From assembly GCF_006345805.1 (NCBI RefSeq), contig NC_042999.1:122946001-123010000 (forward strand): a stretch of 64,000 nucleotides of DNA, written 5' to 3'. Of the stretch, positions 40,963 to 53,640 are shown in pieces (the first letter of the stretch is position 1; each line of letters starts with the position of its first letter). A model generated the notes under the pieces. That model was not told the origin of the DNA, made no database searches, and saw only the letters and a list, made by a program, of their open reading frames with translations. The stretch comes from Octopus sinensis. Its lineage: Eukaryota. The position numbers were made by a program, and so were the translations under genes.

Positions 40963-41560
40963 TTGTATGTATATATGTCCGGGTTCGTAGAAGGACGTGT
41001 TCCTTCATTCTAGGAAAAAGAAAAAAACAAACAAAAAAGTGATTGCAGAAATCAATGAAATAATCTGCTAAAACTGATAAAAACTTAGAACTTGTTATTT
41101 CATAGCGGTCTACTAGGATATATCAGTTAAAAACTGTAATATATTTCGCTTCAAGCCAAATATGATATATTAAAGTCATTTACGCATGCAAGATTCTCCG
41201 TCAAAAATGCACGTGGTGGCAATTCATAAGTTTATTTCCAGCCGACTGTAAGAAGCAAAAAGAATCATTTTCTTTTCTTTTTTGAAAGAAAACTTCTTTG
41301 TATAGGGACACGGATTTGGAATTTTGCGGATAAGTATCCTTTTCATTTGTTTAATTTCCTGTAATTCAATGTAACGTCTGAGTTAGGACCTCATTTCTGT
41401 TTACATTCTGTGAATAATCTTCTTTGAATTTCTGTTGCAGCGCCCACTTCGCTTTTATCAATTTCTCACTCTATCTCTTTAAAATTATTCAGAAATCCTT
41501 TTCATTTGTTTAAAATTGCTTCATTTAAAAAAATTATTTAGAAATATAATCGTGAAAAGA

Positions 41561-44500
41561 GAACTTTCGTAGTTACAGATAGGTATATATTTATTTATTA
41601 CTTTATTTATATATATTTATTTATTTGGTACTTTATTTATATATTCTACTATCCATGTAGAATCTTTTGCATAACTTCTTCACTTTCATTACTTTCGCTC
41701 TCTCTCTGTCTCTTCACCTCTCTTTGACACACCATCTTTCTCCTCTCATTCTTTCAATCTTCCTAAGTATATAGACGCGAACATTAGAAATATGATCGTA
41801 ATTAGTTTAGAAGAAAACTTTCGTAGTTACAGATAGGTATATATTTATAATTAGTTTAGAACAGAACTTTTGTAGTTGCACATAGGTATATATTTATTTG
41901 TTACTTTATTTATATATTCTACTATCCAAGTAGAATCTTTTGCATAACTTCTCTTTCATTACTTTCTCTCTCTCTGTCACACCATCTTTCTCCTCTCAGC
42001 CTCTCAATCTTCTTCCTCTCACTCTCTCTTACTCTCTTCTTTTCTTCTCTCAGCCGCTCAATCTCTCGAAATACATAGACACTTTTTTCTCTATTTCTTC
42101 TCTACCCTCCATCACACTGTTAAATTTTATATCTAATTAGATAAATAAACTATCCAAGAAAATGTCCAGAATCCGGAGGAGCATGGAGTTGGCATTGTTT
42201 TTGAGAGCCTGGTGCTGTGCTTATGGAGATAACCGAACAACATAATTACAGCTGCGCTGAAGAGCAATGGTTACACCAGGACATTAGCACAGATAGAGCG
42301 AAAGAAGCAAGAGTTTATACGCTCCTATGCACTCATAATATCCCAACAAACAAAGCAAAGATGACAAGGATGGAGGCACGGATGCAGATGAAAGATGTCA
42401 CCCCCACTTGGTAGACACCCAGGACAACAAAGAAGATTCAAGAGAGAAACCTGCCCGGGAAGTAAACCCAAGTGCAAGTGCCCCTACCAGCATCAAAATG
42501 CAAAACCATGGAGATGAAAGAGCCATAAAAGAAGTAAAAGAAGGAAAAACTAAAAGAAAAACAAAAGATGAAACAGCCAAAGAAGGAAAAACTAAAACTC
42601 AAACAAAATCAAAAGATGAAACAGCCAAGGAAAGAAGTAAACCTGACTATCCATTTACCAAAAAGGATAGAAAGAGACAGCACGCACGAATGTGTAAATT
42701 CTACCTGAAAGGTGTCTGCTGGCATGGAGAGAAACGTGCACGCTGCTGTTTTGCACACCAAAGACCTCACCACATAAACATGAAACAGGGCGGAAACTAC
42801 CTGCCAAAAGGAAAGGACTACGCACCATCTGCCCCAGAACAGAAGTACGCAGATGTAGTGCATGTTACAACCCATCAACACGTTATTGAAAGGACAGCTG
42901 CTGAACAAGAATCTTTTTTGTGCATGGCACAAAAGATTGTACAGCAGTTAAACTACCTCCATCAAACTCAAACCCACAGATGGGACTATCCACAATACAC
43001 AAGACCACCACAGCAAATAGACCCAAGGTGGACACCACTAGCAACAACACACGCATCACCTCAATGCTCCTACTGAACATCAGAGGACTGCTAACTCTCA
43101 GTAATAGGACAAAAATCGCTTTCCTGCGAGACCTTGTTGCATGCAATCAAGCCTTATGCATAGCACTTACGGAAACACACCTGAAACCGGATATAGCAGA
43201 TGCGGAAATATACCACAGTATGTTGTATTACGGACCGACAGAAAAGAATGGAGTCATGGTGAAGTTGCTATGTACATCCGCAAGGACCTCATACCCCAGG
43301 TCCTTTAGTCATACTCAAATTTGGTGTGTGACACACTAATTGTACATATAAGGCAACTCAATGTAGTTATATGTGCTGCATATTGCCCTCCAGATGCTCC
43401 AAGTCATATAGGCAAGTTTGAAGAGTGCCTTACAAAAAGGGAAGAAGTTCTAGTCACATTAGAACAACACATAAGTGTACTTATGGGAGACTCCAATCTG
43501 CCAATGTCAGATGGCCCGAGGGCCTATCTCTCCCAGGAATGACACAATGTGAACGAGGACAGGTGAGGTCCCTCATGAACCTCATCAACACTCTGTACAT
43601 GGAACAAATAATACTCCAACCAACCAGGGCAGGTAACATACTGGATCTCTGCTTCACAAATAATATGGATCTCATCCGTAATGTGAAAGTGACACCGACA
43701 CTACTCTCGGATCACAACATGGTAGAGCTGACCATGTACGGGCCAAAGGAAAGCATGGACATGCAGCCTACAAGAAACTCTCAGAATCTTTCCAGCTTGA
43801 ACTTCCATAAAGCAAACTGGAAACAAATTGAGAAAGAGATCCTCAAACAAAACTGGCCTAAATGTCTCTCCTCACCAGACATCGACATGAAACTTCAACA
43901 ATTCATGTCTGTAATGCAAACCATATGCTACAAATGTGTGCCAGAGAGAAAGGCCACTGCATACAAGAACAAAATCCCCAGAGATAGGAAAATACTTATG
44001 AGACAGTATACAAAAGTTTCAAATCGCCTAAACAAGCAAATTGAGAGCAGTGAAAAGTCCTGCCTGAAAATAAAACTGCTGGAAATTGAAAAATGTCTGC
44101 AACTCTCCCATGAACAAGAAAGGGCAGACAAAGAAGCCTGGGCTATAGACAACATAAAATCTTACCCCAGAGCTTTCTACGAGTTTGCCAAAGAAACAGC
44201 TATGGTGCACTGTAGGATAGGGCCACTCCTTGCAAAAGATGGTACACTCACAGGAAATCCAATGAGTATAAGTGAAATACTAAATGAGCAATTCAAAAGT
44301 ATTTTCACTCCACCCCTAGGGCATTTTCAAGTCAGCAATCCAACTGACTTCTTTACCACTGCAGATACAAAGTCAGAGGCATCAATATAAATGAAGATGA
44401 TGTAATAAAGGCTTTAAATGAAATGAACCCAAACTCTGTTACTGGCCCCGATGGATTCCAAGCAATCCTTCTAAAAGTATGTAAGAGAGTCCTAGCAAGA

Positions 44501-45797
44501 CCACTGCAGTCCCTCTTTCAAAGCTTCCATGCAACTGGCAAACTTCCAAGAAAACTGAAGGAGGGTAAAATATGCCCTATTCATAAAGGAGGTAGCAGAG
44601 CGAAGGCCAAGAACTACAGACCTATCTCTCTGACCTCACGCATCAGTAAGGTCATGGAATGAATAGTTAGAAGAAAACTAATCGCCTTCCTTGAAGAAAA
44701 TGACTTGCTGCCTGACAACCAACATGGTTTACAACCAGGAAGAAGCTACCTAACTCAGCTCCTACAACACTATGATTGGGTGCTGAAACAACTGCTCAAC
44801 CACTCAAATGTGGAAGTGATATATCTCGACTTTGCAAAGGCCATTGATAAAGTCGATCATGGAATGATATGTCACAAACTGCGTGATCTTGGCGTAGTTG
44901 GAAAATTGGGAGAATGGCTTCATGACTTTCTGAAGGAGAGAATCAGGTGGTTATAGCCAATGGGGCCACCTCCAATAACACACAAATAGTGAGCGCTGTT
45001 CCACAAGGCACTGTTTTGGGACCACTACTGTTCATAATGGCCCTCTTAGACATGCCATCAGCCATGCAACATTTCATGTGCATGTTACTAAATTGGCAAT
45101 GAAATGTAGGCGGCTGACCGGATGGATTCTTAGAGCCTTTCGAACAAGATATCAGGGAACCATGATGGTCCTCTAGAGGACACTTGTCCTAAGCCACTTT
45201 GACTATTGCTCTCAGCTATGGTCCTTATCCAGTGTCAAATTAATCACCGAACTTCAGGCAATCCAACAAAGCTCCACAAAGAAGATAGCCTCTGGGCAGC
45301 ATATAAGCTATTGGGAAAGACTCAAGAGATTAAGACTCTATTCCTTAGAGCATAGGCGAGAAAGATATGCCATAATATATATCTGGAAGATCCTGGAAGG
45401 ACTTGTCCCAAACTTTGGCATCGAGAGTTACACAAATACTAGAACTGGGTGCCACTGCATAGTGCCAAGGATTCCAAATTTGCCATCAAGATGTAGGACA
45501 AGATACTGTGATAGCCTGGGCTTCAGAGGTCCACAGCTCTTCAATATCCTCCCGAAAGACCTGAGAAACCTGCATGGGGTGGATGCAGATGTCTTTAAAA
45601 TAAAACTAGATCTCTTCCTGTCAGGTGACCCAGATGAACCAACTTCATGGCAGGAGGTGCAGATGAGGGCAGCTGCATCGAACTCTCTCATGCACCAACT
45701 GTCAATTGCTAGAAAGCATTCGTGAAGTAAAATCATGTAGCAACATCGAATGGCGGTGCTCCAGCATGGCCACAGCTCGTGAGCTGAAACTAGATAA

Positions 45798-45800
<3 letters not shown>
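41561..45800 (+). mobile_element. Possibly full-length CR1-clade LINE family 1 with 5' UTR, ORF1 and ORF2 (RT internally deleted)
   Basis: ORF1 ATG at 42162, ORF1 stop at 43076. APE and RT motifs as in the 32.8-kb copy. About 270 bp including YADD are missing at about 45070. 3' end CAGCATGGCC...GAGCTGAAACTAG. The 5' boundary is uncertain and may extend to about 40978. Confidence 0.9.
42162..43076 (+). pseudogene. CR1 ORF1 (Myb/SANT-like N-terminus, Lys-rich linker, CCCH zinc finger), disrupted
   Basis: ITAALKSNGYTRTLAQIERKKQEF (42244 onward, after a frameshift) and CKFYLKGVCWHGEKRARCCFAH (42693-42758). Homologous segments occur at 32848-32940 and 33276-33350. Confidence 0.75.
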
Positions 45801-45838
<38 letters not shown>

Positions 45839-47601
45839 GTGTATATGTATATATATATGTGTGTATATATATATATGTGTGTGTGTATATGTATATATAT
45901 ATGTGTGTGTGTATATGTATATATATATATATGTGTGTGTGTGTATATGTATATATATATGTGTGTGTGTATATGTATATATATATATGTGTGTGTATAT
46001 GATATAATATATGTGTGTGTATAGTATCTATATATATATGTGTGTATATGTATATATATATATAGTGTGTATATGTATTATATATATATGTGTGTATATG
46101 TATATATATATAGTGTGTAATGTATATATATATGTGTATATATATATGTGGTATGTATGTATGTATATATGTATGTATATATATGTATGTATTTAATAGT
46201 ATATATATATATATATGGTGTATTTGTGGATATATATATAATATATGTATATATGTGTGTATATATAATAGTATATGTGTATATATGTATATATATATAT
46301 ATATAGTATATATATATATATGTATATATATATTTATATGTATATATTTATAGGTATATATATATATATGTATATGTGTATATATGTATATATATATAGA
46401 TAGTATATAATATTATATATGTATATATATATATATGTATATATATATATAGTATATATATATATATTATATGTGTATATATGTATTATTATATATATAA
46501 TATATATATATATATATGTGTGTGTATATATATATATATGTGTGTATATATATATCTGTGTGGTTTAAATATATTATATATGATTATGTATATATATATA
46601 TGTATGTGTGTATATATGTATATATATATGCATGTATATGTATGTGTGTATATATGTATATATATATGTATGTATATGTATATATATTTATATATATGTA
46701 TGTATATATATGTATAAATATATATATATATATATTTATATAATGTTGTATATATATGTATAAATATATATATATGTATATATATATTTATATATATGTA
46801 TGATATATATATATTTATATATATATATGTATGTATATATATATGTATAAATATATATGTATGTATATATATATGTATAAATATATATGTATGTATATAT
46901 GTATAACTATATATGTTGTAATATATGTATAAATATATATATATGATATTATAGATTTATATATGTATGATATATATATATATTTATATAAGTTATGTAT
47001 ATATATTATTTATATATATATATTTATATAAATATAGATGTATGTATATATATATGTATAAATATATAATATGTATAAATATATATATATGTATATATAT
47101 ATTTATATATATGTTGTATATATATGTATAATATTATATATATGTATATATATATTTATATATATGTATGTATATATATGTATAAATATATATATATGTA
47201 CATATATATTTATATATATGTATGTATAATATGTATAAATATATATATATGTATATATATATTATATATATGTATGTATATATATGTATAAATATATATA
47301 TATGTATATATATATTTATTTATATATATGTATGTATATATAGTATAAATAATATATACGTATATATATATTTATATATATGTATGTAGATATATGTATA
47401 AATATATATATATGTATATATATATTTATATATATGTATGCATATATATGTATAAATATATATTTATGTATATATGTATATTTATATGTATATATGTATA
47501 TATATATATTTATATATATGTATGTATATATATGTATAAATATATATGTATATATCTAAACATGTATATATATACATATATGTATGTATATATGTATATT
47601 T
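45801..47601. repeat. (TA)n/(TATG)n array
   Basis: Seen directly. Confidence 0.96.
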
Positions 47602-47911
47602 ATCACCGTGATCACCGTGACTGACCAGGCTATCAGCTGTTGTTACACATCGCTGGTCAATGCGCCTCGCATTGTTTTAGCCTTCAAATGACGCCACCCC
47701 GCTGGCTAAGCGAGCAGGCCAACAATGGAAAGAGTGAGAGAAAGTTGTGGCGAAATAGTACAGCAGGGACCGCCACCACCACCTTGCCAGATCATCGTGG
47801 AGCTTTAAGTGTTTTTGCTCAATAAACACTCACAACGCCCGGTCTGGGAATCAAAACCACGATCCTACAACCGCGAGTCCGCTGCCCTAACCGCTAGGCC
47901 ATTGTGCCTCC
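47602..47911 (-). mobile_element. Full-length tRNA-derived SINE
   Basis: Head GGAGGCACAATGGCCTAGCGGTTAGGGCAGCGGACTCGCGGTTGTAGGATCGTGGTTTTGATTCCC with A and B boxes; tail CACGGTGAT x2. Confidence 0.9.
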
Positions 47912-47913
47912 AC

Positions 47914-48416
47914 ATGTATATATATATATATATATGTATATATATGTATATATGTATATATGTATATTTATATATGTATATATGTATATATATGTATATA
48001 TATATATTTATATAATATAGTATAATTGTATATATGTATATTATATATATATTTAGATATATATATGTATTTATATGTATAGATGTATATATTTATATTA
48101 TGTATATATGTATATATGTAGAATATATATATGAATATATGTAGATATGGAAGTAATATGAATAGATGTATAGATGTATATATATAGATGTAATATGTAT
48201 ATATAGAGATATATATATATATAATATATGTATATATGTATGATATATAGGTAATATATATATAATATATATATAGATATGATATAGATATATATAGATT
48301 TATATAGATATATAGGTGAGATATGTAGATAATATGTATATATGTATATATATGATATATAAGATGTATATATGGATAGATAGATATATATATTATATAA
48401 TATAGATATATAGTAG

Positions 48417-48455
<39 letters not shown>

Positions 48456-48542
48456 AGGGATAATGTATATATATATATATATATATATATTATAGATCTA
48501 TATATATGTATATTGTATATATATATATATAGATATATATTG

Positions 48543-48574
<32 letters not shown>

Positions 48575-49398
48575 GTATATATATATGTATATATGTATAT
48601 ATTATATCATATATATCTATATATATATTATATGATAGATATATATATATATAGGTATATATGTATATATATATATATATGTTATATATTTATATATATA
48701 TATATAGTATATAGTATATATATATATGTATATATATGTCTATATATATATATTTATATTTGTATATATATATATTATATTGTATATATATATATATTGT
48801 ATATATATATATTTATATGTGTAATATATATATATGATATATGTATATTATATATATATGGATAATATGTATATATATATATATATGTATAGTTGTATAT
48901 ATAATATTTATATTGTATATATATATATAGTTATATATGTATTTATATTATATACTATATATATATATTATTGAAATGTATATATTATAGATATATTATT
49001 TATATATTTATATATGTATATATATATATATTTATTTATTATGTATATATGTATATATATATATATATTTATTTATATATGTATATATGTATATATATAT
49101 ATATATTATTTATTTATATATGTATATATATATATATTATTTATTATATATGTATATATGTATATATATAATATATATATTTTATATATGTATATATGTA
49201 TATATATATATATATATTTATTTATATATGTATATATGTATATATATATATATATATTATTTATATATGTATATATGTATATATATATTATCTATTAGAT
49301 ATATGTATATGTATATATTATATATATATATATATATTTATAATGTATATATATATATATATTATATATATTATAATATATATATATATATATATTTA

Positions 49399-49435
<37 letters not shown>

Positions 49436-49463
49436 GTATATATAATATATATATATATATATT
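47914..49463. repeat. Degenerate (TA)n array
   Basis: Seen directly. Confidence 0.95.
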
Positions 49464-49464
49464 A

Positions 49465-49842
49465 TTCTCTTATTTGTTTCAGTCCAATGACGTGGCCATG
49501 CTGGAGCAACGCCATTGTAATCATCTTTCCACTTGGAGTTCGATGCTACTGCCCGCTTTTGAGTTTCTTGCTTAGATATTGGTTCATCCGGGATCTCGGC
49601 GTGCCAGAGGTAAGTTCATGTTTGAAAACGTCTACATCCACTCCATGGAGGCTCCTCAGATGCTTCAGCAGACAGTTAAATAGCTGTGTGCCTTGCAACC
49701 CAAGCTATTGCGGTACATCGTTCTTGCCCGAGATGAAGCAGTCGGCACAGTGGCGACAGCACAGTGACATCCTGTTCGTGGTCTTGTATAGCTCTTTATT
49801 CCAAAGTTTGGTACCAGTCCTTCCAGTATCTTCCATATATAT
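49465..49842 (-). mobile_element. CR1-clade 3' fragment (diverged subfamily)
   Basis: [18 protein letters not shown]...RNSLG; 3' end CAGCATGGCCACGTCATTGGACTGAAAC. Confidence 0.88.
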
Positions 49843-49848
49843 ATATAT

Positions 49849-50309
49849 GCCGTTTGCCAGCCCTGTCTGGCCCCCGTGTCGGTGGCATGTAAAAGCACCA
49901 TCCGTTCGTGTCCGTGGCCAGCCTCGCCTGGCCCCCATGCCGGTGACACGTAAAAGCACATCTGTTTCGTGGCCGTTTGCCAGCTCTGTCTGGCCCCCAT
50001 GTTGGTTGCACGTAAAAGCACCATTCGTTCGTGTCCGTTGCCAGCCTCGCCTGGCCCCCGTGCCGGTGACACATAAAAGCACCATCTGTTCATGGCCGTT
50101 TGCCAGCTCTGTCTGGCACCTGTGCGGGTGGCACGTAAAAAGCACCCACTACACTCACAGAGTGGTTGGCGTGAGGAAGGGCATCCAGCCGTAGAAACAC
50201 TGCCAGATCTGACTGGGCCTGATGAAGCCTTCCAGCTTCACAGACCCCAGTTGAACCGTCCAACCCATGCTAGCATGGAAAACGGACGCTAATGATGATG
50301 ATGATGATC
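49849..50309 (+). mobile_element. SINE body with about four internal ~60-70 bp tandem units and (GAT)n tail
   Basis: Repeated GCCAGC...TGGCCCCC...GGTG(G/A)CAC(G/A)TAAAAGCAC units, then CCAACCCATGCTAGCATGGAAAACGGACGCTAATGATGATG. Confidence 0.9.
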
Positions 50310-50339
50310 ACTGTATACCTATACCACCTTCATTCCAGG

Positions 50340-50353
50340 GAATATATATAAAG

Positions 50354-50401
<48 letters not shown>

Positions 50402-50492
50402 GCATATATATATACATATATATATATATAAAGCTATATATATACATACATATATATATATAAGCTATATATATACATACATATATATATAT

Positions 50493-50538
<46 letters not shown>

Positions 50539-50599
50539 AGGTATATATATTCATATATATACATATATATATATATCAAGGTATAAGGTATATATATAC

Positions 50600-50668
<69 letters not shown>

Positions 50669-50700
50669 GTATATATATACACACACATATATATAAAATT
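50340..50700. repeat. (TA)n/(TACA)n array, opposite polarity to the upstream arrays
   Basis: Seen directly. Confidence 0.92.
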
Positions 50701-53494
50701 ATATTGAAAAATAAAATAAAATATTTTTACTCCTTTTGTCTTAAAAACAATTTAAGGATTAAGTGTGTCATAGTTTCGATTTGGCTTACTAAGATCAGAG
50801 TATGAAATTAAATTTTTAATACTGATTTACTCATGATTGTAGAATGCAGAATTGTTTTAGCTTTGGACAGAATGCCTTTCATTGTTTCATCTCACTCTTG
50901 AAGTTACTGGTTCAAATTTTGTGAGAGTAACTTACATTTTTTCCCTTTTTTGGTCAATAAAGTAAAGCTGCACCGTATGCAGAACAAAACACAAAGTGTA
51001 TTTATTGAATTTTGACATATATAATGCAAAACCACCTTGCAAACTGACAGTCGAGAAAATAGAAATAAAATTTTAAAATGTATTCTTTCTCTGTGGCCCA
51101 ATGACAAAGTATTCATTGCCTGTTGATTTGGGACCCCAGAAATAAATTATCAGTCTAGTAATGGGGTTGATGACATCAGCTGACTTCCACTTTACCCTAT
51201 AAAACTCTGGCTTTGTGCCTAAATTTGTCACAGTTATTTTGCAGGTACATAATATACAGTTGATAAAAGGATAGCAATTTATTATCCTTGTTTCAAAAAT
51301 GCAATTATTAAAAATGCTAAATGAAATTAAGAAACTCCATTGATTGATGCAATATTCGATCCTTAATTTTACTATTACTAGATAACAAGATTCCTCTGAG
51401 AATAATTTTATAAGGATTTTTCTTCTTTGAATAATACACATGATGAATGATGCAACACCCAACTGTTGTATCATTCAAGAAATTTTGAAGATTCATCTAT
51501 ATGCTCAGCTCAGCAATCAATAACCAATATCTAAGATGTATTCCTTGGTTGAAAGATTAAAAAAGCAGACATTGTTTAAAATTACTTTGTCTGTAATTGA
51601 ATTTTCCTTTTCGACTTCAGAGTAATCTTGTTTCATTTAGAATTTTCAGATGATTATTTTTATATATATTTTAAATGACTTTTAAAAATTTTTATAAGAG
51701 CTATTTCATACATTTTTTTTTCAAGTTGGGTTAGAATTTAAGAAAACAATGAAAACTTGAAACATTTTAGATATTAGGAATTCAACTCTAAGCCTAGTTT
51801 ATTTTATTTAAAGTAAAATTGATGGAATGCTTGGATTAAATTTAAACAGTGTATGTTCACTAGTTGTTGTTATTTTTCTTGTGGTGCTAGCAACACGACT
51901 GTTTTGAGTCACTTGTAAATTTTGTTTTATTTTAACCAACTTTCAAAGTATTAAAATTGTTTGGTCTGTATGACACATAACATCATAGAAGTGCTGAAAA
52001 GTCACTAAGCTCTGTTGAATGTTCACCCTTCAGGGTGGATATCTGTGATTAATTTTGTAAAATTTAGCCATTTCTTCATAAATTTTGAGAAAGCATGGTG
52101 TCAATATTTTTTGCCTAACAGTGAGGGGAATGAGTTTAGAGATTGAAAGTACTGTTTTGACTTTGTGTTACAACTTTTAAAACAATGCAGCACCACCCCG
52201 ACCATAACCACTTGAAATTTCACATCTGCTGCTACCATGGCTATTAACACCATTACAAAAAAGAAAAAGAAAAAAGACCATGACTTGCAAATCTTGTATT
52301 GGTTGGTTTGCTGATGTCATCTTCCAGAAAGAAGCTATTTTATTATTGAAAGAATTAAAAAACTTGAAAAACATGTTTACAAGGTCTGGATGAAATGTAC
52401 CCTTAAAGATACAAGTATCCATTTGGCAAGAAACTAGCCTCAAAACTGTTGTCTACAAACCGACAGCAACTTCAGTCAGAAAAGAGAATAGGTAATATAC
52501 CAGCAAATAGGTACCTCAGAACCATCTGGGGCACCAAAATGTGTTACCAGGAGGTTATAGTATTGCACAGTAGAGTTGAGATTTTCCAGAGGATGAGGCC
52601 AAGAAACGCTCCACACAAACCTAAGGAGTGAGGAATTAGTTCTTGTACCAATCTGTTATGGCTGTAGGATAGTAAGAGTGTAAATTGTAGATGTACTCCA
52701 AGATGATTGGTGGTGGTTCTCTTCTACGTAGGACAATACTTATATTCTTCAGGTTCAGATGTGCAGACACGATTGGTCACAGCAAGGAGTGGAGCTATTG
52801 ATCCGAACAGATGACCAAAGTATGGAATCCATTCTGGACCTAATCAGTCTGCCAGACAGCTCACAAATATTGTACATTCAGTTTTCTCGTGTTTTAATCA
52901 TCTTTGCATTACATTGGTGAATACATGTATTTAATGCCTGTTTTACAGTCGTTTCCTCAGTTTCTCACAAGGGAATTTTTCATTTTACATATTTTCTAAA
53001 GTGCAGAGGTAATGCATGTATTCTTAACAACAATATGTCAACAGAGATCACCATCTGTTGCTCATGCCATTGTGCATATAAGGTTCATGGCAGTCAGGCA
53101 TGGATGTACTTTTGCATGCATACATACAGATATCTATCCTTATAGTTATTATCTATCTGTATAAAATAGATAGATACAAAAATGTATAGATATCTATTTG
53201 TATGCATACATCTATATCTATGTGTGTGTGTGTGTGTAAATTACCATTTCTGTTTACCAAATTTACTTCACTTCCAGAGAAATTCAAACACTTTTTTTAT
53301 TTAATATTAGTTTAAAGTAAATATTTTTCTTATGGAGATTAGCATCAAGCCCTTGATATAAGATTAATAATTGTATGTGTGGCATATCACTTGATATTAC
53401 CTATGGTAGTGAAAGTATTTTCCCAAACTTACTTGTCATATAATGAGGAAGACACCGGTTTGTTTACTCACTGTATATGTATATCCCTTTCGCC

Positions 53495-53640
53495 CAAAGT
53501 AACTAACTAGTATTTTGTTTATAGCAGCCAGAATGGTAAGAGGCAAAATTGATTCTAGTGAGAATTGAACTCAGAACGTGGAAGATGAAACTGGAAATCC
53601 ATAAGATATTCAGTTAAAGGCTCTATAGCTTCTTCAACAT
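53495..53640 (-). mobile_element. Highly decayed tRNA-SINE (Meta-domain-like family)
   Basis: Reverse complement contains ACGTTCTGAGTTCAATTCTC...AATTTTGCCTCTTACC. Confidence 0.5.

Noticed and set aside
49196-50194. 332-aa ORF
   Set aside because: Read-through of microsatellite, antisense CR1 and SINE tandem units.
50219-50245. CTGATGA plus a small stem in the SINE
   Set aside because: No GAAA after the stem; the other copies of this SINE read CCTGGTGCA here, so it is a chance mutation.
51073-51474. 133-aa minus-strand ORF
   Set aside because: AT-biased composition, no domain motif and no supporting splice structure.
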